A DNA stretch of 16,266 nucleotides. Source: Octopus sinensis. Its lineage: Eukaryota. The notes beneath the pieces were generated by a model, which ran no database searches, was not told the origin of the DNA, and saw only the letters and a program-made list of their open reading frames with translations. Positions 1-9,349 of the stretch are shown piece after piece (positions within the stretch are counted from its first letter, which is position 1; each line of letters opens with the position of its first letter). Location of the stretch: positions 1 through 16,266 of the forward strand of contig NW_021825318.1 in assembly GCF_006345805.1 (NCBI RefSeq). The letters run 5' to 3'. The translations under genes were made by a program, and so were the position numbers.

Positions 1-35
1 CAGCAACAGCAACGACAACACGAATAATGACGACG

Positions 36-200
36 CTTCTACGTGGTCATCTCAGCAGGTTAGAAATAACAGCTAGTGCCCATCTTATCGTCTGCAAGAT
101 GAAGTCACGTATTAAGAAATACCGTCGGACATAACAGAGTGTTTTACATAAAGGCGGAATGGTCACGATGGGACATTTTTGATTATATGTCTGTTCAATT
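36..200 (+). mobile_element. Degenerate copy of an (AAC)n-tailed interspersed repeat (SINE-like), partial
   Basis: CTACGTGGTC...TAGAAATAACAGC (39-80) recurs at 254-280 and resembles 9357-9383. GGAATGGTCACGA (~157-169) resembles GGGATGGTCACGA (~9170-9182). Boundaries approximate. Confidence 0.45.
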
Positions 201-249
201 ATTACTGGCCCGGTCTTAATCAACAATCTAGAATGATTCCAATGAAGAC

Positions 250-455
250 GTCTCTACGTGGTCGCTAGAAACAAGAGCCAAACTCCTCCCTAATCATCCC
301 TCGACATCTTAAAAGGTGGTGGGAGACTGTGACCGATTTAGTCCCAAATATGCAACAAAAGGGATGATTATTGTTGATTATATTTGATCATAATTCTACC
401 ACACCTCAGCTGACCGAGGGCTAAACACAAGCAACAAAAGCAACAATTCTATTAC
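250..455 (+). mobile_element. Degenerate copy of the (AAC)n-tailed interspersed repeat, including its 3' tail
   Basis: Starts CTCTACGTGGTCGCTAGAAAC and ends TTTGATCATA...GCTGACCGAGGGCTAAACACAAGCAACAAAAGCAAC. The end parallels 9491-9563 (TTTGATCAGA...ACCTAGGGTTAAACAAAATCAAGCAGCAACAATAACAAC). Confidence 0.5.
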
Positions 456-626
456 TCAGAATAATATCTAAAAGTAATGTTTAACGCCACATCAAAAAGG
501 TTGTTCGACGTTACTACTGTTCAACCCCAGACAGAGCCTCAACCATTCAGTTATCGGTGCAGTCTGCATCCGGTATATATTGCAAGCAGGGGAGGGAACT
601 CCCACCATCTTCTAGCAGACGACAGG

Positions 627-677
627 ATCGCCAGACCGAACGGTTTCGAGATATTTGAGCCCCTCTTCAGTGGTGAT
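627..677 (-). ncRNA. Type I hammerhead ribozyme motif with canonical core
   Basis: Minus strand reads ATCACCA-CTGAAGA-GGGG-CTCAAATA-TCTC-GAAA-CC-GTTC-GG-TC/TGGCGAT. Core CUGANGA and GAAA are intact. Stem II 4 bp (2 G-U), stem III 3 bp plus tetraloop, GUC cleavage triplet, stem I 6/7 bp. Confidence 0.8.
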
Positions 678-825
678 AGCAGGAATTCGCTCCCGCTCTC
701 AATATACAGAAAACCAAGCGACCATCAGTCACTGATCTTGCAAGAAGTAAAGTAGCTAATTAGAAAAAAATCTCAATAAGAGACTTAATTAACTTAATTA
801 TTTTTCAGGTCTTTTGTTCGAAGAT

Positions 826-1032
826 GTCGTGGCTGTGTGGTAAGAAGCTTGCTTCCCAACCACATGGCTCTGTGTTCGATACCCCTGTTGGGTAATTGTC
901 CTTTACTACCGATAGAATAAGTACTAGGCTTACAACGAATAAGTCCTGGGGTCGATTTCTTGACTAAAGGCGATGCCCCAGCATGGCCGCAGTCAAATGA
1001 CTAAAACAAGTGAAAGAAATAAAAGAAAGATA
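826..1032 (+). mobile_element. tRNA-derived SINE family 1, internally deleted copy (head fused to 3' half)
   Basis: Head GTGGCTGTGTGGTAAGAAGCTTGCTTCCCAACCACATGG (A-box-like) is joined at ~908 to CCGATAGAATAAGTACTAGGCTTAC...CAGCATGGCCGCAGTCAAATGAC. Both parts match the full-length copy at 10808-11229. Confidence 0.8.
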
Positions 1033-1039
1033 CATATAT

Positions 1040-1186
1040 ACGACTGGCTTCTTTCAGTTTCCGTCTACCAAATCCACACGCAAGACTTTGGTCGGCCCGA
1101 GCCTATCGTAGAGGACACTTGCCTAAGGTTGGGACTGAACCCGGAACCATGTGGTTGGGAAACAAGCTCTTACCACACACCTTCGC
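1040..1186 (-). mobile_element. SINE family 1, 5' half
   Basis: Reverse complement reads GTGTGGTAAGAGCTTGTTTCCCAACCACATGGTTCCGGGTTCAGTCCC...GGATTTGGTAGACGGAAACTGAAAGAAGC, with B-box-like GGTTCAGTCCC. Confidence 0.85.
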
Positions 1187-1279
1187 TTGCCTGAAACCAA
1201 CAAGCCCTACACATATGCACGTTTGCATGTATGTGTGTGCATATGCACATGCGCGTGTATATAATAGACACACACACAC

Positions 1280-1533
1280 TTCCCAACCACACGTTCCGGG
1301 TTCAGTCCCAACCTTAGGCAGTGTCCTCTACGATAGGCTCGGGCCGACCAAAAGTCTTGCGTGTGGATTTGGTAGACGGAAACTGAAAGAAGCTCGCCGT
1401 ATCTTTCTTTTATTCTTTCACTTGTTTCAGTATTTGACTGCGGCCATGCTGGAGCATCGCCTTTTGTCAAGAAATCGACCCCAGGACTTATTCTTTGTAA
1501 GCTAGTACTTATTCTATCGGTTAGTAAAGGACA

Positions 1534-1535
<2 letters not shown>
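1280..1535. mobile_element. Inverted duplicate of 895-1161 (SINE1 5' half on plus, 3' half on minus)
   Basis: Base-by-base reverse complement of 895-1161, including the unusual deletion junction ATTGTCCTTTACTA(A)CCGATAG. Differences are mostly 1-bp indels. Confidence 0.9.
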
Positions 1536-1575
<40 letters not shown>

Positions 1576-1597
1576 TATATATAATAATATATATATA
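1534..1597. repeat. (TA)n microsatellite
   Basis: Direct reading. Confidence 0.95.
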
Positions 1598-1839
1598 GTC
1601 TGTTATGTATATGTGGTGAGTGTTGTATATGGTGCCGCGATGCCAAACCCATTTCTCGATGCAGTGTAGTTCCTCCAGCCCTCCTCCTCTGTTAACGATC
1701 CATTAGACTATCTCGATTTTAAGCGATCAATCAGCTGTCAACGTGAACCAGGCAAACACTAAACCTTGTTAAGTGAGCTGATTCACTGTTCGGAATGCGT
1801 GGTGACTGGCTGGGCGTAGGGTGTGCGTGTTTGTACGCG

Positions 1840-2750
1840 TAGTGTGTGTGTGTGAGTGTGTGTACAAGTGTGTGTACAAGTGTGTATGTGTGAGTGTGTA
1901 GGAATGCCTGTGTACAAGGGTGTATGTGTGTGTAGGGGTATGTGTGTGTATAAGTGTGTATGTGTAGGAATGCGCGTATACAAGTGTGTATGCGTGTGTA
2001 TAAATGTGTATGCGTAGGAATGCGTGTGTACAAGTGTGTGTGTACAAGTGTGCATGTATGTGTAGGGGTATGTGTGTGTATAAGTGTGTATGTGTAGGAA
2101 TGCGTGTGTACAAGTGTGTATGCGTGTGTATAAGTGCGTATGTGTAGGAATGCGTGTGTACAAGTGTGTATGCGTGTTTATAAGTGTGTATGTGTAGGAA
2201 TGCGTGTGTACAAGTGTGCATGTATGTGTAGGGGGATGTGTGTGTCTATAATGTGTATGAGTAGGAATGCGTGTGTACATGTGTGTATGTGTGTGTATAA
2301 GTGTGTATGTGTAGGAATGCGTGTGTACAAGTGTGTATGCGTGTATAAAAGTGTGTATGTGTAGGAATGTGCGTGTAAAAATTGTGTATGTGCGTGTATA
2401 AGTGTGTATGTGTGTGTAGCGGGATGTGTGTGTAGCGGGAGTGTGTGTGTGTCTATAAGTGTGTATGTGTTGGAATGTACAAGTGTGTATGCGTGTGTGT
2501 ACAAGTGTGTATGTGTATGTATAAGTGTGTAGGTGGGATGTGTGTATAAATGTATATGTGTGTGTAGAAGTGTGTATGTGTAGGAATGTGTGTGTACAAG
2601 TGTGTATGTGTGAAGAGAATATGTGTGTGTATAAGTGTGATTGTGTAGGAATGTGTGTGTATAAGTGTGTATATGTGTGTATTAGTGTGTATGTATAGGA
2701 ATGTGTGTATGTGTGTAGAAGTGTGTATGTGTATACATGTGTGTGTATAA
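1840..2750. repeat. GT-rich minisatellite, ~50-bp unit built of five 10-bp subunits
   Basis: TGTGTAGGAA recurs at 2091, 2141 and 2191. Unit is TGTGTAGGAA TGCGTGTGTA CAAGTGTGTA TGCGTGTGTA TAAGTGTGTA, degenerating at both ends. Confidence 0.9.
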
Positions 2751-2867
2751 GTGTGTGTGGGGGGAGTTTGTGTATGGATTTACGGGTGTTTATATGGAGG
2801 TGTGTATGTACCTAGGTGGGAAGAGTGTGTGAAAGCATCGAGGCGTGTGTATGTATCTGTTGCTGTG

Positions 2868-2868
2868 G

Positions 2869-2902
<34 letters not shown>

Positions 2903-3320
2903 TTCTTTTCATGTAAGGTTACGTGTGTGCATATAGATAGATAGATAGATAGATAGAGATAGATAGATAAATAGATACACGTGTGTCAATGTGTGTATGC
3001 ATGTGTGTGTGTCTGTGTATGTATGTATATATGTGCGTTGGTATGCATGCATCTATGTATATTTGAATGTGTGTATGTATACATGTGTGCGTGTATGTGT
3101 GTGTACATGTGACAACAGATGTGTGCTATGTGCGTCGAACAAATCAAATACACACACACACATGCACACACACACACACACACATGCATATACACACACG
3201 TACACATGCACGAAAAACGTGTATACTTGTCTGCATCAATATGTTTGTGTGTGTATGTGTGTATTTGTATGCATGTATGCATGTATGTATGTATGTGTGT
3301 GTGTGTGTAAATAATGCGTG
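2868..3320. repeat. Compound microsatellites (AT)n, (GT)n, (AGAT)n, (CA)n, (TATG)n
   Basis: Direct reading. Confidence 0.9.
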
Positions 3321-3523
3321 TGCGCGACGTTTGTCTTTTGTATAGGGGGAGGGTATGAGGGAGGCAGGAGGGGGGGAAGCAGTGGTTACCTAATATGTAA
3401 ATACTGGTGGTGAGGGGAAGAGGTGGAGCGGGTGGGGGGGGAGATACTGAACACGTAAACGGGATCAGCTCTTCGGTAAAAACTACAACCGCCGCCGCCC
3501 TCACACACCACCCTACGCTGCAA

Positions 3524-3913
3524 CCACCATCATTATCATCATCATCGCCACCAGTCCCACCATCACCATCATCACCACTATCATCATCAACATCATCATC
3601 ATCACCACCACCACCACCGTCATCACCACCACCACTCTCCTCTTCATCGTCATCGCCACCACTACCACCCCCACCCCCACCATTATCATCATCATCATCA
3701 TCATCATTATCATCGCCACCACCACCACCACCACCACCATGACCACCACCACTACCACCACCGTCGTCATCCTCATCATCAACACCACTATCATCATCAT
3801 CATCATCATCGCCACCACCATCATCACCACCACCGTCGTCATCATCATCATCGTCACCATGATCATGATCATCATCATCATCAACGCCACCGCCACCACC
3901 ACCGCCGTCACCA
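3524..3913. repeat. Compound (CAT/CAC)n trinucleotide tract
   Basis: Direct reading; explains the poly-P/H/M/V ORFs. Confidence 0.95.
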
Positions 3914-3981
3914 TTGCTGTTAAAACTAAACCAAATGACAAACCATTCTTTAAAGAACCTCTATCACCATTTCGGTCTCTG

Positions 3982-3983
<2 letters not shown>

Positions 3984-4024
<41 letters not shown>

Positions 4025-4205
4025 CTGTCCCTCTCTCTCACTAATCCTCTCACTGATTCCCCCCTCTGTCTTCCCATCCCCTCTACCTCTCTCTCTCTCC
4101 CTCTCTTTCTCTCTTGTCTCTCCTGTCTTTCACTACTCTCCCAACTCTCTCTCCTCCGCTCCTGGATCCACTCCCTCCTTCCACCATTCCTCTTCTGCCT
4201 CCCTA
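3984..4205. repeat. (CT)n plus polypyrimidine tract
   Basis: Direct reading. Confidence 0.9.
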
Positions 4206-4362
4206 AGCCCTTAATTCCCAAACATCGGAAACTTATCACCATGGTTACCACTCCAACGCATTGATGTCCCCTTTCAACAACCCCACCCAACCCTAACTTC
4301 ACCCTATCCCACCACATATCTTCCCCAATAAAATTGAACTCATCCCATCTGTTGGACCCAAC

Positions 4363-4543
4363 ACCACCACCACCACCACCACCCTCACCACCATCACCAC
4401 TACCACCATTATCACCACCATCACCATCACCACCATCACCACCACCACCACCACCACCACCACCACCACCACCATAAGCAGTTGTGTGCTAAGGTGTGTG
4501 AAGCATTGTCATTTTGAGGGACTTACAATTGTTTCTTTGTGTT

Positions 4544-4581
<38 letters not shown>

Positions 4582-4582
4582 C

Positions 4583-4628
<46 letters not shown>
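4363..4628. repeat. (CAC/CAT)n tract (4363-4473) and (GT)(AT)(AG) compound microsatellite (4545-4628)
   Basis: Direct reading. Confidence 0.9.
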
Positions 4629-4633
<5 letters not shown>

Positions 4634-5023
4634 CATCATTCTTTGTCGTGTTGTGTTGTAGTTTCTGCTGCTGTTGTAATATCTATTGTTTTGTCTGTTG
4701 TATAGTTTATGTAGAACGCGAATGATATTATTCTATTGCAGGGTGTTTGTGTTCTATGCATTATTGCATGGCCGGTGTTGTGTGTTTTACCATCCGTTTA
4801 TGGATGTATAACAACAATACACGCCGTGCAGTTCGCCTACTTTTATTGGGTGTTGATTGTGTAATGTCAGAGTTATACATCGTTGGCCCTTATTCTACAT
4901 AAAGAGTATTGTATTGTGTTGTTTCATTGGAGGTTTATCTTGAGTAGTTTAATGTGTTCGGTTCTGTTGTGCGATGGGGATTGCATAATGCAGTATTATA
5001 TTTTTCAGTTATTGTTGTTTAGA

Positions 5024-5258
5024 TTCTTTTCTACACTAGGCACAAGGCCCGAAATTTTGGCGGAGGGGGCCAGTCGATTAGATCGACCCCAGTACGCAAC
5101 TGCTACTTAATTTATCGATCCCCGAAAGGATGAAAGGCAAAGTCGACCTCGGCAGAATTTGAACTCAGAACGTAACGACAGACGAAATACCTATTTCTTT
5201 ACTACCCACAAGGGGCTAAACACAGAGAAGGACAAACAAGGAAAGACAAACGGATTAA
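5024..5258 (-). mobile_element. tRNA-derived SINE family 2: head-truncated copy (5024-5190) abutting the 3' tail of a second copy (5191-5258)
   Basis: CGAAAGGATGAAAGGCAAAGTCGACCTCGGCAGAATTTGAACTCAGAACGTAAC matches 6290-6350 and the reverse complement of 16205-16266. Tail CTATTTCTTTACTACCCACAAGGGGCTAAACACAGAG matches 6179-6215. Confidence 0.85.
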
Positions 5259-5265
5259 AAAATGT

Positions 5266-5342
5266 GCTGGGGTCGTTTCATTCGACTAAAATTCTTCAAG
5301 GCGGTGCCCCAGCATGGCCGCAATCTAATCACTGAAACAAAT
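5266..5342 (+). mobile_element. 3' fragment of a SINE1-related element
   Basis: CTGGGGTCG...CGACTAAA...AAGGCGGTGCCCCAGCATGGCCGCAATCTAATCACTGAAACAA matches the SINE1 3' end at 946-1010. Confidence 0.75.
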
Positions 5343-5392
5343 ATTAAATATTTTCCTCTGTCTTCCCTTCTCTGGATCTTTCCTTCTCCTAT

Positions 5393-5427
5393 GTTTCCGA
5401 CGAAGAGCTCCGCTCGAAACGTTAAAC
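5393..5427 (+). ncRNA. Minimal type I hammerhead-like motif (variant core) within a probable repeat at ~5352-5530
   Basis: GTTT-CCGACGA-A-GAGC-TCC-GCTC-GAAA-CG-TT/AAAC. Stem I GTTT/AAAC, stem II GAGC/GCTC, palindromic ACGT stem III. Deviations: U4->C and an extra A after A9. Confidence 0.6.
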
Positions 5428-5532
5428 CCTCCTTCTTTCCTTCTTTCTTTCTTTCCTGAGCGTCCAATAATACTATATTTGTTCCACGTCCTCGCGTGTT
5501 GTGTTTTTTTGTGCTCTTTGTTGGATTAACTT

Positions 5533-5611
5533 TATAATATATATATATACATATATATATTATATATATATATATATATTATATATATATATATATATAA
5601 TATATAATATA

Positions 5612-5660
<49 letters not shown>

Positions 5661-5703
5661 ATATATATATATATATATATATAGTATACATATAAATATA
5701 TAC
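5533..5703. repeat. Long (TA)n tract
   Basis: Direct reading. Confidence 0.95.
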
Positions 5704-6124
5704 AAAATGATTACAACCTTTTTGTGGAATGTTGAGTATTTCTTTTCGAAATCTTTGGTGAGGTTTGCTTGTCCTGCATTTCTGGGGTTCAAATGGGAAC
5801 TTAGAAAGGAGTGGACGTTTCTTGATGAGTTCCCTGCCGACCCATGGGATGTTTTCCTCTTTTGTTTTTGGGGCGTTCGGTTGTTGTATTTAATTTGGTT
5901 CCCGTCGTTTAACAGCTGACGTCTGAGCCACGTCATACAGCACTCAAAGTCTGTCTGAACCGACCTTCAACTTATTCCTGCCTCTTTACTTCGGAGGTAG
6001 TGTGTCAATGTGTATGAATATAGACGAGTATGTATATATGTGTGTCTGTTATACATATGTGTGTGTGTGTCTGTCTGTATATATATATGTATGTGTGTGT
6101 TCATGTTTGTGTGCGTGCCTGTTC

Positions 6125-6178
<54 letters not shown>

Positions 6179-6390
6179 ATTTCTTTATTGCCCACAGGTG
6201 GCTAAACACAGAGGGGATAAACAAGGACAGACAAAGGGATTAAGTCTATTACATCGACACCAGTACATAACTGGTACTTGTTTAATCGACCCTGAAAGGA
6301 TGAAAGGCAAAGTCGACCACGGCGGAATTCGAACTCAGAACGTAACGGCAGGCGTAATACTGCTAAGCATTTCGCCCAGCTCGCCGCCCT
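6179..6390 (-). mobile_element. SINE family 2, near full length with a small deletion in the head
   Basis: Reverse complement starts AGGGCGGCGAGCTGGGCGAAATGCTTAGCAG, matching the head at 16151 minus a ~19-nt segment. Has B-box-like GAGTTCGAATTCC and tail ...GTGTTTAGCCACCTGTGGGCAATAAAGAAAT. Confidence 0.85.
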
Positions 6391-6754
6391 AATATATATA
6401 TATATATATAGTGTGTGTGTGTGTGTGTAGCCACTCCAGTTAGTTGTGTCTGGTATGTCTGATCACGTAACCAATCCTAAATTCCTCGGAAATCTGCGAC
6501 CAGACATCTGAGGTGAATCCGTGGCTTTAATGAGTACGCAGCCACAGACAGCGTACTCCTCCTCACTCACATCTGCCTTTACACATGTACAAATGCACTC
6601 GGTTATACATACCGTACCGAAGTGGGTGTATAATAATGAGTACACATATGTGAAACACCTGCATACACACACACACACACACACACACATATGCGCGAGT
6701 ATAAACAATTAGAGCTAGACAGGTACAGATAGATAGACAAACAGACGGGTATAT

Positions 6755-6837
6755 CCATGGGGTGGGGAGATGAAAAGTTCCTGGGTTTGGTTAAAAGAAA
6801 ATACAGAAGGATCAGTTAATTAAGATTTTATTCAAGA
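6755..6837 (-). mobile_element. Mariner-like DNA transposon relic: terminal segment and last transposase codons
   Basis: TIR-like GGGGAGATGAAAAGTTCCTGG. Joined with 7216-7253, the minus strand translates DRCDKRVNLRGEYLE*, resembling the mariner transposase C-terminal R-W-x-K-C-V-x3-G-x-Y-F-E motif. Confidence 0.65.
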
Positions 6838-7215
6838 GTAGCAGTATCGCCCGGCGTTGCTCGGGTTTGTAAGGGAAATAACTATATAAGCATTTTTAGA
6901 GAGTTATAGCCAAAAATTAGTAAAAAAATGCATTAAAAATGGAAAAAAAATGATGATAAATTTTTTTTTAAATCGTTGACTCATCGTAGACATTTTTAGA
7001 GAGTTACTTCCCTTATATAATAACGAAAAAAATGATGGTAAATTTTTTTTAAATCGTAGACTCACCGTAGACGCGCGCTAATACCCATAAGGGCTCGATA
7101 TGAATCACGACTATAAGATACCCGGTTTTGGTTAAACTGCACCGCAAAATGTGGGAGTAGTTACGAATCTAAATCATAGGAGACAGATACACAACTTCAC
7201 TTTTATATATAAAGA
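6838..7215 (-). mobile_element. Non-autonomous Helitron, 378 bp
   Basis: Minus strand starts A|TCTTTATATATAAAAG and ends CTAC|T (CTAG with one change). GC-rich subterminal hairpin CCCGAGCAACGCCGGG (6850-6865) lies 8 nt from the end motif. Inserted between A and T with no TSD; internal ~48-bp duplication (~6944-6991 / ~7027-7072). Confidence 0.8.
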
Positions 7216-7254
7216 TATTCCCCTCTCAGATTCACACGCTTATCGCAGCGGTCC
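7216..7254 (-). mobile_element. Mariner relic, continuation on the other side of the Helitron
   Basis: Removing 6838-7215 restores the codon TA|T (Tyr) and an open frame to TAA at 6830-6828. Confidence 0.65.
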
Positions 7255-7554
7255 AATGCTATGATGGTCGAGTCTCGGGGAGAAATCCTGTTTCTGGAGC
7301 TGAGAACAAAACCAAGGTACCAATTGAGCTTAGTGTCTTCAGCGAACAATAAACATAATTAATAACTCAATAAGGATATCGTATCTAACGACAGTTAGTA
7401 GACTTTACTGCGTGGGACCTGTTTACAGCTAGGTAGACTGGACTGTTCACTAACACAATGAAGTGAGGTCGATCGTAGTTGAAGCTCAGGTTTGTTACTT
7501 TAATATATACTCAATGCATGAAGTATCATTGTTGGGCTCAAGGCCCAATGAAAA

Positions 7555-7652
7555 GCGTGGCAACTTGGACAAGTGTCTTCTACCAGAGTCTCGGGCCCAC
7601 CAAAGCCTTGTGAGTGGATTTGGTAGACGGAAATTGAAAGAAGCCTGTCGTG

Positions 7653-7708
<56 letters not shown>

Positions 7709-7947
7709 GTGTGTGTGTGTGGTGTGTGTGTGCGCGCGCGCTTGTTCCACCAACATCGCTTGATAACCGATGCTGGTATGTTTACGTCCCCGTAACTTAG
7801 CATTTCGGCAAAAGAGACCGATATAATAAGTACTAGGCTTCCAAAGAATAAGTCCTGAGGTCGATTTGCTCGACAGAATGGCAGTGCTCCAGCATGGCCA
7901 CAGTCAAATGACTGAAACAAGTAAAAGAGTAAAAGAGTAAAGGAGTA
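7555..7947 (+). mobile_element. SINE family 1, 5'-truncated, with internal (TA)(TG) microsatellite and (GTAAAAGA)n tail
   Basis: Colinear with the reverse complement of 10808-11160 over ~350 bp. Confidence 0.9.
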
Positions 7948-8066
7948 TACGTATATACAAAATTAGTTGATATTATCTGAATTCCATTGAGAGAACCTTG
8001 TTCCTGAGTTTGAAACCGGCTCCTCCTCGGTTGGTGAGAATGGTTCCCAACAAAACCAAAAGAATG

Positions 8067-8209
8067 TACACACACCACACACACACACACACACAAACAC
8101 ACACAAACACACACAACACACACATGTACACTGAATACTCACATACAAACGTGCACTCACACACGAATATAGAAATATACGTACATATACATACATTCAT
8201 ACATGCATA

Positions 8210-8255
<46 letters not shown>

Positions 8256-8292
8256 CATACAGAGAGGGCGGGGTAAAGGGTGAGGTAGGGTG

Positions 8293-8366
<74 letters not shown>
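8067..8366. repeat. (CA)n, (AT)n and (GT)n microsatellites
   Basis: Direct reading. Confidence 0.9.
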
Positions 8367-8368
<2 letters not shown>

Positions 8369-8461
8369 ATCCAAATATTAGAGGATATGCGTTTAAGTAA
8401 ACACATAATATAGATTCCACGCGCACAGGCGTCACATACACATCCACAGATTTACACTTCA

Positions 8462-8718
8462 TCGTGGTGGTGGCGATGGTGGTTGCGGTGGTGGTGGTAG
8501 TGGTGGTTGCGGTGGTGGTGGTAGTGGTGGTGGCGGCGGCGGCGGCGGGCGGCGTTGGTGCTTGTGGCGGTGTTGATGATAATGGTGTTGGTGGTGTTGG
8601 TGGTGGTGGTGGTGGTGGTGTGGTGGTGGTGGTGGGTGGTGTGGTGGTGGTGATGCTTATAGTGATGAGGAATTGGGAGGAGCAGAAAGGAGGAGGAGGA
8701 GGAGTGCGGAGGCGATGA
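8462..8718. repeat. (GGT/GGC/GGA)n trinucleotide tract
   Basis: Direct reading. Confidence 0.9.
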
Positions 8719-9349
8719 TGAGATGAAAGTGTTTGAGAGCGGAAGTACATAAACAAACTTTCATTTGTGATAGACTCGATATCGATCGATCGATCTATCG
8801 ATCTTGCGCTGCCTGTGGCGGCAGTATCCTTAGCAAATCTCTGTAGCTGCAGGTTTTATGATATTATGGAGCCAAAGGTCGTCAATTGAGGAATATTTCA
8901 TGTGAAGTTATATTCTTCAGATTCCAGTTAGGACAAACCCAAACCGCACAAAGATGGAGTCCAGTAACCTTTTCCCAACTCAAACCACACAGAACGCAGA
9001 TTTCATTTTTACACCGAGACTCACAAATTCTTTCATTCCACGAGACTGCCTATATGCGGTTGCTAGACAAGCTAAAAATAGCAACCATATTTCTTTATCA
9101 AATCGCATTCAGCTGTTGGAATAAAGGACCCGTTAAATGATATTGCTGGTGCTTATCTTTAAAAAAGATGGGATGGTCACGACTGGAGTGTTATAGATCT
9201 GTTTGATGAAGATTGAAGTAGGGGGGAGGGTCGTTGTAAGTGAATTGAACCCTCTATGGAAAATGGTGGGGTCGGTCTATTTAGCAACCACAGCTATATT
9301 GAATTTGTTCACCCTCTAGGGACCGAACCAGCGAGGAAGGTCGCTTTGA

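Noticed and set aside
3345-3376. G-quadruplex-like run G5-A-G3-TATGA-G3-N8-G7
   Set aside because: One loop is 8 nt, and such runs are common in low-complexity flanks; nothing suggests function.
1731-3941. Long His/Thr-, Val/Cys-, Pro/Ser- and Met/Val-rich ORFs
   Set aside because: They are translations of TG/CA and CAY repeats that lack stop codons, with no domain or splice support. The same applies to the ORFs at 12544-13153 and 14753-15231.
5703-5940. Minus-strand peptides (EENIPWV..., HLNPRN...) faintly like the Penelope RT-to-endonuclease linker, near hammerhead 2
   Set aside because: The motifs are in different frames, too far apart and too short to support without a profile search.
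6475-6510. TTCCTCG resembling the L3 loop of HDV-like ribozymes
   Set aside because: No matching P1, P1.1 GG or P4/J4-2 elements could be built around it.
3524-8650. Complementarity between the (CAC)n tracts and the (GGT)n tract
   Set aside because: Generic microsatellite complementarity expected in a repeat-dense genome.
8890-8925. Minus-strand GGAAT-CTGAAGA...GAAA-T-ATTCC hammerhead-like string
   Set aside because: No room for stem III and stem II is mismatched; treated as chance.
8921-9140. Acceptor-like TTCTTCAG followed by two overlapping open frames
   Set aside because: No donor or recognisable protein, so a coding frame cannot be chosen.
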